From a virus: a stretch of DNA of 64,000 nucleotides. Shown one piece after another: positions 18,318 through 28,405 of the stretch. The stretch is taken from IMG/VR virus record IMGVR_UViG_3300035670_000068, positions 46,317 through 110,316 of that record. One strand, 5' to 3'. The position numbers were made by a program, and so were the translations under genes. Position 1 is the first letter of the stretch, and each line of letters begins with the position of its first letter. The notes beneath the pieces are model-generated. The model searched no databases and had not been told where the DNA came from. It worked only from the letters and a program-made list of their open reading frames with translations.

Positions 18318-19151
18318 TTAGACCAGTTGGTCGAGGGTGTGATGAAGGAAGTTGATCTCAGCCAGGGATTCGAGCCGGATCAGGAACTCGTGACCGTTGG
18401 CGAGAATGCGGATCGCATTGCGCTCACGTTCACGGGTGTAGCGGGTGACAGTGCTCAGGTGGAAAGCGTGCTCACCATCCACAGCTTTGATCTTGAGGAA
18501 GCCAGCAGGCGTCACTCGAACAGCAGTCGGCGCGAACGACATGCGGTCGTAGATGAACTCGAAGCGGCATTTTGCCTTCAATGAGTCCGGCTTGCTCAGA
18601 ACAACGGTCTTCTCGACGACCTGGCTGTAGGTGCTGAGCATCTTGGCGTTGACCAGATCGCAGACGGTCTTGCCTTCCGGGAGATCGATCTTCACCTTCA
18701 AGTGTTCTTCCGCAAAGCATTCCTGGTTTGCGTCAACCGTCGCCACATAAGCCACGTCGATCTTGTGGTCGCTGGAGAAGAACTCCTGGTAGACCGACTT
18801 GCCGCCGATGATGGTGTAGCCACACAGACCAGCAGTGTTCGCGAAGACGCCGGCGTCGATGATCGCGTCGTCCAGGCTCTGCGCGTAATACACATGCGGG
18901 ATCGGCTCGTCATCGAGGCAGCCATTGGCGCTGATCACGATCATCGGACGCTCAGCAGTGGGCTTGAAACCCACGCCGATCATTTCGTTGGCAGTCACGC
19001 GGCCGACGATCAGGACGGTGCGCTTGGTGAACTTCTTGAAGTTCGCCATATCTTCTGCGGACCAGAAGGCGAGCTGGCCGTCGAAGCCGATCAGGCCGTC
19101 AGAGGTGCAGCAGATTGAGAGTTGTCGAATCATGGCAGCCTCACACTGCAA
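18318..19151 (-). CDS. Dihydrofolate reductase with C-terminal extension
   Basis: [20 protein letters not shown]...[14 protein letters not shown]; directly downstream of thyA. Confidence 0.75.
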   Translation of the reverse strand: MQCEAAMIRQLSICCTSDGLIGFDGQLAFWSAEDMANFKKFTKRTVLIVGRVTANEMIGVGFKPTAERPMIVISANGCLDDEPIPHVYYAQSLDDAIIDAGVFANTAGLCGYTIIGGKSVYQEFFSSDHKIDVAYVATVDANQECFAEEHLKVKIDLPEGKTVCDLVNAKMLSTYSQVVEKTVVLSKPDSLKAKCRFEFIYDRMSFAPTAVRVTPAGFLKIKAVDGEHAFHLSTVTRYTRERERNAIRILANGHEFLIRLESLAEINFLHHTLDQLV

Positions 19152-20121
19152 TCGGGGCTTTGATAGCCGGCAGCGGGCTGTAACCGATCAGCTCGATATC
19201 GTCGAAGGTGTAGTCCTCTAGGCGATCACGCTTGGTCTTGATCTTCACCTTCGGATAGATGCGAGGAATCTGACCCTCTTCCATCCGTTTCAGCTGTTCA
19301 GTCACCTGCTCCTGGTGATTGCCGTAGATGTGGCAGTCGCCGCCGACCCAATGAAGGTTCATCGGGTGCATATCGACCGTCTTGGCCATCAGGTAGGTCA
19401 GGAGCGAGTAGGAAGCGATGTTGAACGGGACGCCCAGGAAGAAGTCGGCCGACCGCTGATACATCTGGCAGGACAGACCCAGGCGCGGAACACCGGCCTC
19501 GTCCATCAGCTTCATTTCGTACTCTTCGGCTGCGATTCGAGTGTGGTTGCCCCAATCGATGCCGTACTCGCCAGAGATACGCAGCCTGGCGCGGTAGTCC
19601 AGCTGCTCGACGTAGAACTGGAACATGGCATGACAGGGCGGCAGCGCCTGCAGGCCGTTCTCAGCGTTCTCCTTCGGGCTGAACTTCGGATCGGGCAGAA
19701 CAGCCGGGTTCCAGGCGCTGACAATGTGACGACGGCTGAACGGGTCGTTCTTGAGGTTGTTCACCAGCTCAGCGATCTGGTCTACATGAACGCCGGCACC
19801 AGGGCATTCCCAATTGCGCCACTGAGCGCCGTAGACCGGGCCAAGCTCGCCCTCTTCCGTCGCCCACTCGTTCCAGATACGGACGCCGTTCTCCTGCAGA
19901 TACTTGACGTTGGTGTCGCCGCTCAGGAACCACAGCAGTTCGTGAACAACGGACGGCCAGTGAATGCTCTTGGACAGCAGCAGCGGGAAATCGCGGCTGA
20001 TGTTGAAATCCATGTTGCGGCTGAACACCGAGATAGTCCCGGTGCCAGTGCGATCTGGACGCTCGGAACCAATCATCTTGATTCCGTTGAGCGTGCCCAG
20101 GTATTCGATATCGTGGTGCAT
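19141..20121 (-). CDS. thyA: Thymidylate synthase
   Basis: [48 protein letters not shown]. Confidence 0.97.
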   Translation of the reverse strand: MHHDIEYLGTLNGIKMIGSERPDRTGTGTISVFSRNMDFNISRDFPLLLSKSIHWPSVVHELLWFLSGDTNVKYLQENGVRIWNEWATEEGELGPVYGAQWRNWECPGAGVHVDQIAELVNNLKNDPFSRRHIVSAWNPAVLPDPKFSPKENAENGLQALPPCHAMFQFYVEQLDYRARLRISGEYGIDWGNHTRIAAEEYEMKLMDEAGVPRLGLSCQMYQRSADFFLGVPFNIASYSLLTYLMAKTVDMHPMNLHWVGGDCHIYGNHQEQVTEQLKRMEEGQIPRIYPKVKIKTKRDRLEDYTFDDIELIGYSPLPAIKAPIAV

Positions 20122-20133
20122 CTAACTAAGCCC

Positions 20134-20463
20134 TTAGTGAGTCATGGCGACAGGTTTATCGGAGCAAGCCTGAGCGATAGCCAGAGGCTTGCAGTATTCG
20201 TCGGCAATCCGCTGCTCGTCCTTGCCGTTGAAGATTGCTTTGCAGGCGTAGAAACGATCGTTCACCTGCTCAGCCTTGCCCTGGGGGCATTGAAACGTCA
20301 CCTGCTGGTCTGCGAGCGCCAGGGTGACAGTCTCGTACTTGTTGGCATCAGCAAGAGCTGCAATGGAGCTCAAGCCGATGCCAGCGATCAGGGTTACAAC
20401 TGCAGCCCGGTTGCAGGCCACTCGAACCAAACTACTCATAGTCGTCTTCCTTAATTTAACCAA
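20134..20463 (-). CDS. Putative exported protein
   Basis: Signal-peptide-like segment, 4 Cys. Confidence 0.55.
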   Translation of the reverse strand: MVKLRKTTMSSLVRVACNRAAVVTLIAGIGLSSIAALADANKYETVTLALADQQVTFQCPQGKAEQVNDRFYACKAIFNGKDEQRIADEYCKPLAIAQACSDKPVAMTH

Positions 20464-20524
20464 AAAGACTCTTTGTTTGTTTCAAGGCCAAGCGCCAAAT
20501 CTCGGCCCGGTGTTTCTTCCAAAC

Positions 20525-20773
20525 TTAGCAGTCACAGCCGCTACCTTCTTCGCAGTAAGCCTGGTCGCAATCGCTATACTCTTCGTCAACCTCGAAGTCG
20601 TCGCTGTCTTCGCTCACCCATGTATCGTCTTGGTCGGGCTCGTCTTCGTCCAGCCGGGTCTCGTCAGCCTCTTCGTAGGAGATCGAGTAGTGCATCGTCT
20701 CAGCTTCTGCAGCCACAACTGCAGTATCAATAGACAGAACAAGAGCGATAGCAACCGCGACCCGCTTAATCAC
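20525..20773 (-). CDS. Putative exported acidic peptide
   Basis: Signal peptide followed by a D/E-rich region and a Cys tail. Confidence 0.55.
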   Translation of the reverse strand: MIKRVAVAIALVLSIDTAVVAAEAETMHYSISYEEADETRLDEDEPDQDDTWVSEDSDDFEVDEEYSDCDQAYCEEGSGCDC

Positions 20774-21097
20774 TTACTTTTCCTCGTACACATGGAGAAC
20801 AAAACCCCCGTCCGAATAGAGAACGGTGTTCTTGAAGGTGTACTCGTCCCTGAGCATCTTGGCAGCTACCGGGTTCAGTATGACGCCGGTAGCTAGCAGA
20901 ACGAACTTGCGAACGGTCTTGTGCGGGGTGTGAGGGTCAACCCAGGCCCAGCAGCAGAGATCGTCACCTTGAGCTTCCACGCTGACTACTTCTGCCCCAA
21001 TTGGCATATCGACCAGCGTCACGCCCAGGCCGTTATGCTGACCAGGGCGCATGAAGCTGTTCATCGGGATTTGATACTTGAAGAGTGCCAGATTCAT
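20774..21097 (-). CDS. Hypothetical phage protein (MP.GAEVVSV..Q...CWA.VDP)
   Basis: 107-aa ORF. Confidence 0.7.
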   Translation of the reverse strand: MNLALFKYQIPMNSFMRPGQHNGLGVTLVDMPIGAEVVSVEAQGDDLCCWAWVDPHTPHKTVRKFVLLATGVILNPVAAKMLRDEYTFKNTVLYSDGGFVLHVYEEK

Positions 21098-21125
21098 ATT
21101 TACTCCAAAGCGTCTAAGCGCTTAG

Positions 21126-21872
21126 TTAGATTCTACGCAGAGAAGAACGGGCTGTCATCTGCTCCCGAGCTTTACCAATGAGCTGCCGGGTGACGATCTT
21201 CATGCCACGCCCGAACAGCATCATCGACTGCACCAGGAGCTCTTTCGGGCTTTCTTCGACGACCTGACGAGTAGCAGCGGCCATAGCCACATCAGATATC
21301 GGCTCTACAGTCTCAGCCTTAACTCTGGGCTTTCTGTTCATGATCCTGCGACCGTTAGACTGCTCGATGTAAGCCTGCTGAGCCGCCCCTTTGCAGACGG
21401 CCATAGAGGCGGCAACGTATGCGGAGCCATCAGCCACTTGCGTAACCTGGTCAGACTCCCACTCTGTAAAATCGATTGGCGTGACTACAGGCTCTTCTTT
21501 GCAACCGATGCTCTTAGCGACGTAGGCTGCAATTTGATCCACCTGGCTTTGCGGGATGAATTTGCTAGCGTAGAGCCACAACTCGCATTGCAGAGTCTCC
21601 CGATTCTCGTTCGGCTTTAGCAAAATCATGAAGTCGGGAATGTTCTGAGCCTCTTTACCCAGAACGCTTCTGAACGAAGCTGTCGCCTTGTTAGAGATCA
21701 CGCTTTGAGCTGGCGAGCGCTTGGTCAGTGGCCCGTGATCAAAATGAGGAAATTGAATCCGGTGGACAGCCGCGTCTTCTCCACTCTGGCGCGCACTCAT
21801 GTAGTTGAGCGCCGTGTACACGCGAGCGTGCGGAGTCATTACCGGCCAGGACATTCTTGCTTCTGTTGCCAT
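21126..21872 (-). CDS. Hypothetical protein
   Basis: 248-aa ORF. Confidence 0.65.
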   Translation of the reverse strand: MATEARMSWPVMTPHARVYTALNYMSARQSGEDAAVHRIQFPHFDHGPLTKRSPAQSVISNKATASFRSVLGKEAQNIPDFMILLKPNENRETLQCELWLYASKFIPQSQVDQIAAYVAKSIGCKEEPVVTPIDFTEWESDQVTQVADGSAYVAASMAVCKGAAQQAYIEQSNGRRIMNRKPRVKAETVEPISDVAMAAATRQVVEESPKELLVQSMMLFGRGMKIVTRQLIGKAREQMTARSSLRRI

Positions 21873-21931
21873 GTTTTCGATTCTCTGTGTAAGGGGAAGT
21901 TGGGACTTCGAAAAATTTTCGGCGGCGAAAA

Positions 21932-22132
21932 TCAGTTCCTGGGCTTGGGAATGAAGTCAGGCACGCACGACAGGTTTTCGCGGTACAGGTAGCAGCGAAC
22001 GCCATCGCCCTGAACCTCGTCGATATCCTTTTCACCGAACTCGATCATGACCTTACCGATCAGCGCGACCAGCTGGTACAGGATGAATAGCGTCAGCAGA
22101 ACGCCGAGAAGAATTTGGTTGAACTTGCTCAT
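21932..22132 (-). CDS. Small membrane protein (GVRCY...LSCVP)
   Basis: TM helix; GAGG RBS. Confidence 0.6.
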   Translation of the reverse strand: MSKFNQILLGVLLTLFILYQLVALIGKVMIEFGEKDIDEVQGDGVRCYLYRENLSCVPDFIPKPRN

Positions 22133-22147
22133 GTTTCACCTCTGAGA

Positions 22148-22174
22148 GAAAGGGCGACCGAAGTCGCCCTTTTT
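22148..22174. terminator. Rho-independent terminator after nrdB
   Basis: AAAGGGCGAC-CGAA-GTCGCCCTTT. Confidence 0.75.
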
Positions 22175-22178
22175 ACGA

Positions 22179-23192
22179 TCAGTCGAAGGACAGCGGGGCG
22201 TCCTCGTACTCGATCACCTTGTCTTCGAAGAAGTTGGTCTCGATGCCGTGCTCGCGGAGATAGGTGTTGGTCCACTCCAGCGGGTCTTTGGTGACTTCCG
22301 GGAAGACCGGCTCCAGGCCGACAGCACTCACAACCATGTTGGCGTTGTGCATGACGTGGCCATCGACGATGTGGTCAGTCAGGCCCAGGATGCCACCTTC
22401 GATGATGTGCTTGCCCCAGGCCATTTCCATCAGCGCCGCTTCTTTGATGATCTGCCGGCAGTCTTTGAGGACTTGCGGGGTGAACAGCTCGGGGCGTTCG
22501 GCTTTCAGGTCGCGCCACATGCTGTTGAAGATACGCAGGTGGCTCATTTCATCGCGGTTGATGTAGCGGATGTTCTTGGCGGCGCCGGCCATCGAGCCAC
22601 GCTTGTGGACGACGTAGAACACCTTGAAGCCGAACTGGAAGTACACGCCTTCGAGAGCCTGGTTGGCAGCGATAGCGCGGACGAAGTTCTCGCCGCTGTA
22701 GTCGTCGCCCAGGATTTCAGCCATGCGGATGATGTGCTCGTTCTTCTTGCGGAGCAGTTCATCGGTCATGAACAGGTTGTAGGTCTCGACCGCATCCATT
22801 TCGAGGTTGGTGATCATGCGGTCGTAGGTCAGAACGTGGATTTCTTCATCGTAGGTCTGACGGACCAGAGCCATCCGGTATTCCGGCGCGGTGATGTAGC
22901 GACCGATGGAGTTGGCCAGGGTGTTGAGCTGGATGCCGTCCAGGTTGGACAGGAAGCCCAGGTCTTTCTGGATCGCTCGCTTGGTCTTGGCGTCGAGCTT
23001 CTTGTACTGGTTCAGGTCGTCCACAAGCGGCACGTCCCAATGGAACCAGTTATCACGCATGGATTTCTCCATGATCTCCAGCGGAGCGCGGTATTTCACC
23101 GGGCTCATTTGCATCAGCTTGTCTTGCGGGCCGTCGATGATGCGACGGTCTTCGAGGGAAATGAACTCAAGGGTCATTACTTCTTCTCGCAC
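22179..23192 (-). CDS. nrdB: Ribonucleotide reductase class I beta subunit
   Basis: LSNLDGIQ, DEEIHVLTY, LEGVYF, INRDEMSH, TNFFE. Confidence 0.95.
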   Translation of the reverse strand: MREEVMTLEFISLEDRRIIDGPQDKLMQMSPVKYRAPLEIMEKSMRDNWFHWDVPLVDDLNQYKKLDAKTKRAIQKDLGFLSNLDGIQLNTLANSIGRYITAPEYRMALVRQTYDEEIHVLTYDRMITNLEMDAVETYNLFMTDELLRKKNEHIIRMAEILGDDYSGENFVRAIAANQALEGVYFQFGFKVFYVVHKRGSMAGAAKNIRYINRDEMSHLRIFNSMWRDLKAERPELFTPQVLKDCRQIIKEAALMEMAWGKHIIEGGILGLTDHIVDGHVMHNANMVVSAVGLEPVFPEVTKDPLEWTNTYLREHGIETNFFEDKVIEYEDAPLSFD

Positions 23193-23461
23193 TTCTCGGT
23201 GTAGTTGAAATCACAGTCCTTCTCGGACGACCCGCCGATAAACAGCGGGAGCCAGGCGTTGCTCGGGGCATGAACCGGAGTGGCGCTGCTCGAAGATCGA
23301 GCCTTAACGATCGGAGGCTTCGCTTGAACTGCAGGAGCTGGTCGAGCGACTACCACCGGCCTGGGTGCAATCACCACAGGGCGAGCGACAACAACGGGTG
23401 CTGCTTGAGCAACCTGAACAAGAGCTGCGGTGATCACCGCAGCCAGAAATTTCATCTTCAT
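23177..23461 (-). CDS. Exported Pro/Val-rich small protein
   Basis: Signal peptide AQA-A; PVVVAR repeats. Confidence 0.6.
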   Translation of the reverse strand: MKMKFLAAVITAALVQVAQAAPVVVARPVVIAPRPVVVARPAPAVQAKPPIVKARSSSSATPVHAPSNAWLPLFIGGSSEKDCDFNYTEKCEKK

Positions 23462-23472
23462 TGGCTTCTCGA

Positions 23473-24402
23473 TCAGTGAACGGTCTTGCTGGCCGGGAAC
23501 GGGATCACGTTGTCGGTGACAACCTGGCCGGTCGAGTTGCAGGCTTCGCAGTCGGGGTTGCCGCAGCCCTCCCCTTCTTCGAGCTTGTCTTCGGCGCTGA
23601 GAGTCGGGATCGGGCCGAGCACTTCGGTCAGCAACTGGCTGGAGCGCATGGCGAACAGGGTCTGGACAGGTGCCGGGCTTGCGATAGCGCTGATGACCGA
23701 GATATCGCGGGCGCCTACGATCAACTCGCGAACGCCGGTCATGGAGAAGGCGAAGTTGTCCGGGTCACACATGCGCTTGGTGGCGATAGCTGCGATAGCG
23801 CCGATGATGGCGGCCAAAACGGCAACCTGCGGGCCTTGAGCCTTCATATCTTCGCTCATTTGAGTAGCGACTTCGGCTTGCTCCAGGGCGAACGCTTCGG
23901 AGCCGCCAGCGATTGCGGACCAGTGTTCAACCAGCTTGGACAGCGGGCCTTCCACCTTGACCAGCTTGTAGCCGGTGACTTCTTCGCCGCCTTCGGTCGC
24001 GATCTTCTCGGCGCGAATCTTCTCGACCAGAGCCTTCGACTCTTCGTCGAGCTCGCTCTCTTCGCCTTCGAACTTGATGTGCTTGTCGATGCCATCGAGG
24101 GTGATGGCATGAGCCAGCTTGGCCATGCGCTTCGAGAAGAAGTCCATGTACAGGCCGGTCAGCTTGTGCTGAGCCTGAGCCAGCTCTTCGCCGTCGCTGC
24201 GAGCGTCAGCCTCTGCAGGCGTCTGGATGTAGTAGTTGACGTTGGCGATCAGCAGGTCGCGAGTCGCTTGAACGAAGGCAGGGCCGTCGCTGCTTGCGAT
24301 CAGGCGGTTCTGCATGAAGCCTGGAACCAGGAAGTCGATGACGATCTCCTGGATCGATTCGTTTTCTTTGGGCTGGAACATCGCCGGATCGGGCTTTTTC
24401 AT
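23473..24402 (-). CDS. Hypothetical protein with C-terminal CxxxxCxxC
   Basis: 309 aa, strong codon bias, own operators at 24420/24495. Confidence 0.75.
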   Translation of the reverse strand: MKKPDPAMFQPKENESIQEIVIDFLVPGFMQNRLIASSDGPAFVQATRDLLIANVNYYIQTPAEADARSDGEELAQAQHKLTGLYMDFFSKRMAKLAHAITLDGIDKHIKFEGEESELDEESKALVEKIRAEKIATEGGEEVTGYKLVKVEGPLSKLVEHWSAIAGGSEAFALEQAEVATQMSEDMKAQGPQVAVLAAIIGAIAAIATKRMCDPDNFAFSMTGVRELIVGARDISVISAIASPAPVQTLFAMRSSQLLTEVLGPIPTLSAEDKLEEGEGCGNPDCEACNSTGQVVTDNVIPFPASKTVH

Positions 24403-24560
24403 CTTGATCTCTCTAGATAACTAAGTAGTTAGTGCTCGGGGGTATGTGAGGGTTCACGTCCCGCCCGCTCTTTTTTGCTTGCGTGAGAATTATCACTCAG
24501 CAGTTAGTTAAAAGAAAGAGCGGGAGACTAGCCCCCGCTCTCTTGCCTATCAGCTACCGC

Positions 24561-26807
24561 TTACTGGCAGGCTTCGCACTCAAAACCCTCGACAGCCGGA
24601 GCCGGCGCTTTCTTGAGGATGTTGGCGTCTTGGCTCTGCTGCTCGGTGGCTTTCTGGATGCGCAGGTAGTAGGTCGTCTTGACGCCCTTCTTCCAGCAGC
24701 GGCGATACCAGGCGTCCAGGTCTTTGCCGTTCTTGCCCTTCGCCATGAAGATGTTGAGCGACTGAGACTGGTCGATCCACTTCTGACGCACAGCTGCGGC
24801 ATCGATGGAGTATTCCTGGCTCACTTCCCACACGGTCTTTTCCAGCTCCGGGCGGTTGTGCTTGCGCAGCGGGCTCACCTGGACGAACACACCGGACAGG
24901 TTCTCCTTCACGGTTTCGCGCTCGTTGATCGGCTCGATGCAGGCGGTGGTGCCAACTATGTTGGAGATCGTCGCGGTCGGCGCAATCGAGGTGATGTTCG
25001 AGTTGCGAATGCCGGTGGTCTTGACCTTGTGGCGCAGGAAGTCCCACTCGGTCTTGCCGAACACATGGCAAGTCTTGTCGCGGGCGTGGTCGATGGTCAG
25101 TAGACCCTGACTCCAGGTCGAACCCTTGAAGGTCGGGTAGGCGCCGCGCTCGATGGCCAGATCAGCGGAGGCGTCGATGGAGTAGTAGGAGATTTCTTCG
25201 AACAGGCGGTCAGCCCAATCGATATGCTCCTGGCTGTCCCAATCGATACCGCACTGAACCATCGCTTCCTGGTAGCCCATGACACCCAGGCCGACCGGGC
25301 GATGCTGCAGGTTCGACCGCTTGGCTTCTGCAGTCGGGTAGAAGTTGATATCCACCACGTTGTCGAGCATCCGAACAGCGGTGCGGACGGTCTTGCGCAG
25401 CTTCTTGCTGTCGATCTGACCGTTCGGCAGCACATGGCGAGCCAGGTTGATCGAGCCCAGGTTGCAGACGAACACCTCGTCCTTGCTGTTGTTCAGGGTG
25501 ATCTCGGTGCAGAGGTTGGAGTTATGGATCACACCAACGTGAGCCTGCGGGTTGCGGCGGTTGCACTCGTCCTTGAAGGTGATCCAGGGGTTGCCGGTGC
25601 GGAACAGCTTGTCCAGCAGGTAGCGCCACAGGTGCTGAGCCTTGACCACCTTGCGAGCCAGACCGGCAGCTTCTGCTTTCTCGTAGGCGGCCTTGAAGGC
25701 GCTGCCGTACAGATCGTGCAGGCTCGGCACATCGTTCGGGCAGAACAGAGACCAGTCGCCATCTTGATCCAGGCGCTCCATGAACAGGTCAGGAATCCAG
25801 CCAGCCGGGAAGATATCGTGAGTACGCAGGTGCTCGTCGCCGGTCTTGAGCTTGAGGTCGCAGAACTCGTAGATATCCGAGTGCCACATCTCCAGATACG
25901 GAGCGAAGGCGCCCTTGCGCTTGCCGCCCTGGTTCACCGCGACGGCCACGTCGTTGTAGATTTTCAGGAACGGAACCACGCCAGCGGATTCGCCGTTGGT
26001 GGACTCGATGATCGAGCCTGCAGAGCGAACCGGAGTCCAGGAGGTGCCGATGCCGCCTGCGAACTTGGACAGCATGGCGTTCTGCTTGAAGCCCAGGTCG
26101 AAGATTTGCTCCAGGTCGTCCGGCACCATGCCGCCGTAGCAGCTGGACAACTGCGGGAAGCGAGTCGCGGCGTTGAACAGTGTCGGAGTCGAAGCCATGT
26201 AGTCGAACTCGGACAGCACGTCATAGAACTCGACGGCGCGGTCGGTCGGGTTGTCTTCGTTCAGCGCCAGGCCCATCGCTACACGCATCAGGAAGTGCTG
26301 CGGCAGCTCGTAGGTCTTCTTGCGCTTACCGACGATGGCCGGCTCTTTCAGCAGGTAGCGGTCGTTCAGGGTACGAATGCCCTGGAAGGTGAAGTAGAAG
26401 TCGCGCTCGGGCTTGATAGCCTGGTTCAGCGCGCTCAGGTTGAAGCGACCGTCCACCAGGCGCTCGTCGATCTGGTTGAACGAACGGCCCTTGCTCAGAT
26501 AGGACATGAGGGTCGGGTACTCGATGCCACCGCCAGTCACCTCTTTGTAGATGGACTGCAGGGTCAGGCGAGCGGCCACGAAATCGAAGTCCGGCTGCTT
26601 GGCAGAGATCAGACCGGAGGCGGTCATGATCAGAGCGTCAGCGATCTCTTTGGTACTCATGCCGTCGTAGAACTGGATGTTCAGGTTGGCTTCGAGTTCG
26701 CTTTGGCTCACGTCCAGGCCCTCGCAGGCCCAGGCTGTGTGCGCTTGAATCTTGGTCGGGTCAAACGGCTTCACATCGCCGTTCGCTTTTACAACGTGCA
26801 TTCGCAC
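24561..26807 (-). CDS. nrdA: Ribonucleotide reductase class I alpha subunit with ATP cone
   Basis: VVKANG ATP cone, STPTLFNA, LSSC, SNLCTEI, IAPTATIS, KTTYYLR, C-terminal CEAC. Confidence 0.97.
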   Translation of the reverse strand: MRMHVVKANGDVKPFDPTKIQAHTAWACEGLDVSQSELEANLNIQFYDGMSTKEIADALIMTASGLISAKQPDFDFVAARLTLQSIYKEVTGGGIEYPTLMSYLSKGRSFNQIDERLVDGRFNLSALNQAIKPERDFYFTFQGIRTLNDRYLLKEPAIVGKRKKTYELPQHFLMRVAMGLALNEDNPTDRAVEFYDVLSEFDYMASTPTLFNAATRFPQLSSCYGGMVPDDLEQIFDLGFKQNAMLSKFAGGIGTSWTPVRSAGSIIESTNGESAGVVPFLKIYNDVAVAVNQGGKRKGAFAPYLEMWHSDIYEFCDLKLKTGDEHLRTHDIFPAGWIPDLFMERLDQDGDWSLFCPNDVPSLHDLYGSAFKAAYEKAEAAGLARKVVKAQHLWRYLLDKLFRTGNPWITFKDECNRRNPQAHVGVIHNSNLCTEITLNNSKDEVFVCNLGSINLARHVLPNGQIDSKKLRKTVRTAVRMLDNVVDINFYPTAEAKRSNLQHRPVGLGVMGYQEAMVQCGIDWDSQEHIDWADRLFEEISYYSIDASADLAIERGAYPTFKGSTWSQGLLTIDHARDKTCHVFGKTEWDFLRHKVKTTGIRNSNITSIAPTATISNIVGTTACIEPINERETVKENLSGVFVQVSPLRKHNRPELEKTVWEVSQEYSIDAAAVRQKWIDQSQSLNIFMAKGKNGKDLDAWYRRCWKKGVKTTYYLRIQKATEQQSQDANILKKAPAPAVEGFECEACQ

Positions 26808-26889
26808 TCCTTACATCATGTGGGGGTTTATGGGTTTCTCTGAACCCAGATATTGTATCTGCTAACTAACGATTTAGTTAGCAGGTTAG

Positions 26890-27057
26890 TTAAACGGGAT
26901 CGACTAAATTTTTCAGCCAGTCGATGACTTCCTTGTGAGCAGTCACCTTGCAGCCCGATTGCCAGTCGATGAACATGAACAGCGGAGTCAGAGCCAGTGC
27001 GAAGGGGAGCATGACCAGAGCCGCTACTACCCGCGCAAGCCTGTTCAGCGCTTTCAT
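26890..27057 (-). CDS. 55-aa membrane protein missing from the ORF track
   Basis: Translated by hand: MKALNRLARVVAALVMLPFALALTPLFMFIDWQ...; ATGA-coupled to ruvC. Confidence 0.55.
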   Translation of the reverse strand: MKALNRLARVVAALVMLPFALALTPLFMFIDWQSGCKVTAHKEVIDWLKNLVDPV

Positions 27058-27611
27058 GCTGCTACCCGCCGCATCATCGCAACGATGGCCTGGAACTCGC
27101 TGTTCTGCAGACCGGCGTTGATCGCGCCGATGGCGTCAGCCATGTGCTCGTTGTCATCGATCAGACGACCCCTGCTGGTCAGCCATCCGGCGTTCGGGAA
27201 CAGATTGAAAGCCCAATCGATCATTTCCCGCTTCGTGGCGTTCTTGTCGTCCACTGCGGCGATCTTGACCTCGTTTGGCGTCAGCTGGATCACCGGAATG
27301 TCGAGTGCAGCGACCAAGGCCATGCAGGCGCCGTAACTCATCATTGCCCGAGCAGACTGACTGCCCACGGGCATTTCAACGAATGCGATACGGGCGCTCT
27401 TCTCTGCCTCCTTCAAACCAAGATACTGCGCACGGCAGCGGTCGAGGTCATCGGAGTTTTTCCGCGTGGTCTTGGACTTTGCGGCAGAAGTCTTGACGAG
27501 GCTGACTTTTTCAACCTCAAAACTCATTGTATCTAAGTCCAATTTGGCATGTGCGAAACCGAAGTTTCGCAATGCCGGGTCAACACCTATTACCTGGATG
27601 ATATTGCTCAT
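27054..27611 (-). CDS. ruvC: RuvC-like Holliday junction resolvase
   Basis: IGVDPALRNFG, FVEMP, PNEVK, ATKREM, EHMADA. Confidence 0.85.
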   Translation of the reverse strand: MSNIIQVIGVDPALRNFGFAHAKLDLDTMSFEVEKVSLVKTSAAKSKTTRKNSDDLDRCRAQYLGLKEAEKSARIAFVEMPVGSQSARAMMSYGACMALVAALDIPVIQLTPNEVKIAAVDDKNATKREMIDWAFNLFPNAGWLTSRGRLIDDNEHMADAIGAINAGLQNSEFQAIVAMMRRVAA

Positions 27612-27615
27612 GCTC

Positions 27616-28401
27616 TTATCCAAACATGCCAATGGGATACTTCGCTTCTTCGGTTTCGATAACGCCCACGCCAACGTATGTGTCCTGTTCGCCACTTACG
27701 CCGAAGAAAGAGAAGCCGTTTTCAAATAGGAACTTCACGGCCTCTTCGATTGAGGCCAGATATTCCGAGTTGTGTGTCATGAACTCGATTACCGGGCCTC
27801 TGCGCTTTTGCAGCCAAGCCTTGTCGAGCATTTCCCCATAAGGGGCCATGTACATTTCTTCAAATACGGTGTCGGTTTGCGGATCACGACGCTTGCGGCC
27901 TTTGTAGAGAAGTCCGACGCCCTGTTTCTTGTCCGTCTCGAAGACCGAAATACCCTCAAGCCGGCACTCGCGAAGGTCCACGAACATCATGTTGCGGCGC
28001 TCAAGCGGGCCGGACACTTCGCCTTCCGAATCCAGCCAGCCGGCGTGCAGAGAAATCCGCTCGCGGTTGCCTTCCAGGTGAGCCAGGTTGGAGCTGGTCC
28101 CACGAACTGTCTGGAACCAGCTATAGCAGTCCTTGTGGCGCTCGATCATCTTGGAGAGAAGGTGCCGAACGTCTCGAACCTTCTCGGAGTCGGTGATCTC
28201 CGACAGCTTTGTCAGCACCTCTTCATGAGCGCTAACCAGGAACAGCGCGTAGTCGGAGAGAAACGTATTTTTGATCTCCATGCGCTGATCAATCACGTCG
28301 GCAATGAAGTCATCCGAAGCGTTGTCCAGTACGTCTCGCATGGAGGTCAAAAATGCGGGGAGAGTTTCCCCTTCGAGTAAATACCCCTTCAAACTAAGCA
28401 C
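27616..28401 (-). CDS. Hypothetical protein with C-terminal IGMFG motif
   Basis: 261-aa ORF. Confidence 0.7.
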   Translation of the reverse strand: MLSLKGYLLEGETLPAFLTSMRDVLDNASDDFIADVIDQRMEIKNTFLSDYALFLVSAHEEVLTKLSEITDSEKVRDVRHLLSKMIERHKDCYSWFQTVRGTSSNLAHLEGNRERISLHAGWLDSEGEVSGPLERRNMMFVDLRECRLEGISVFETDKKQGVGLLYKGRKRRDPQTDTVFEEMYMAPYGEMLDKAWLQKRRGPVIEFMTHNSEYLASIEEAVKFLFENGFSFFGVSGEQDTYVGVGVIETEEAKYPIGMFG

Positions 28402-28405
28402 TTAG

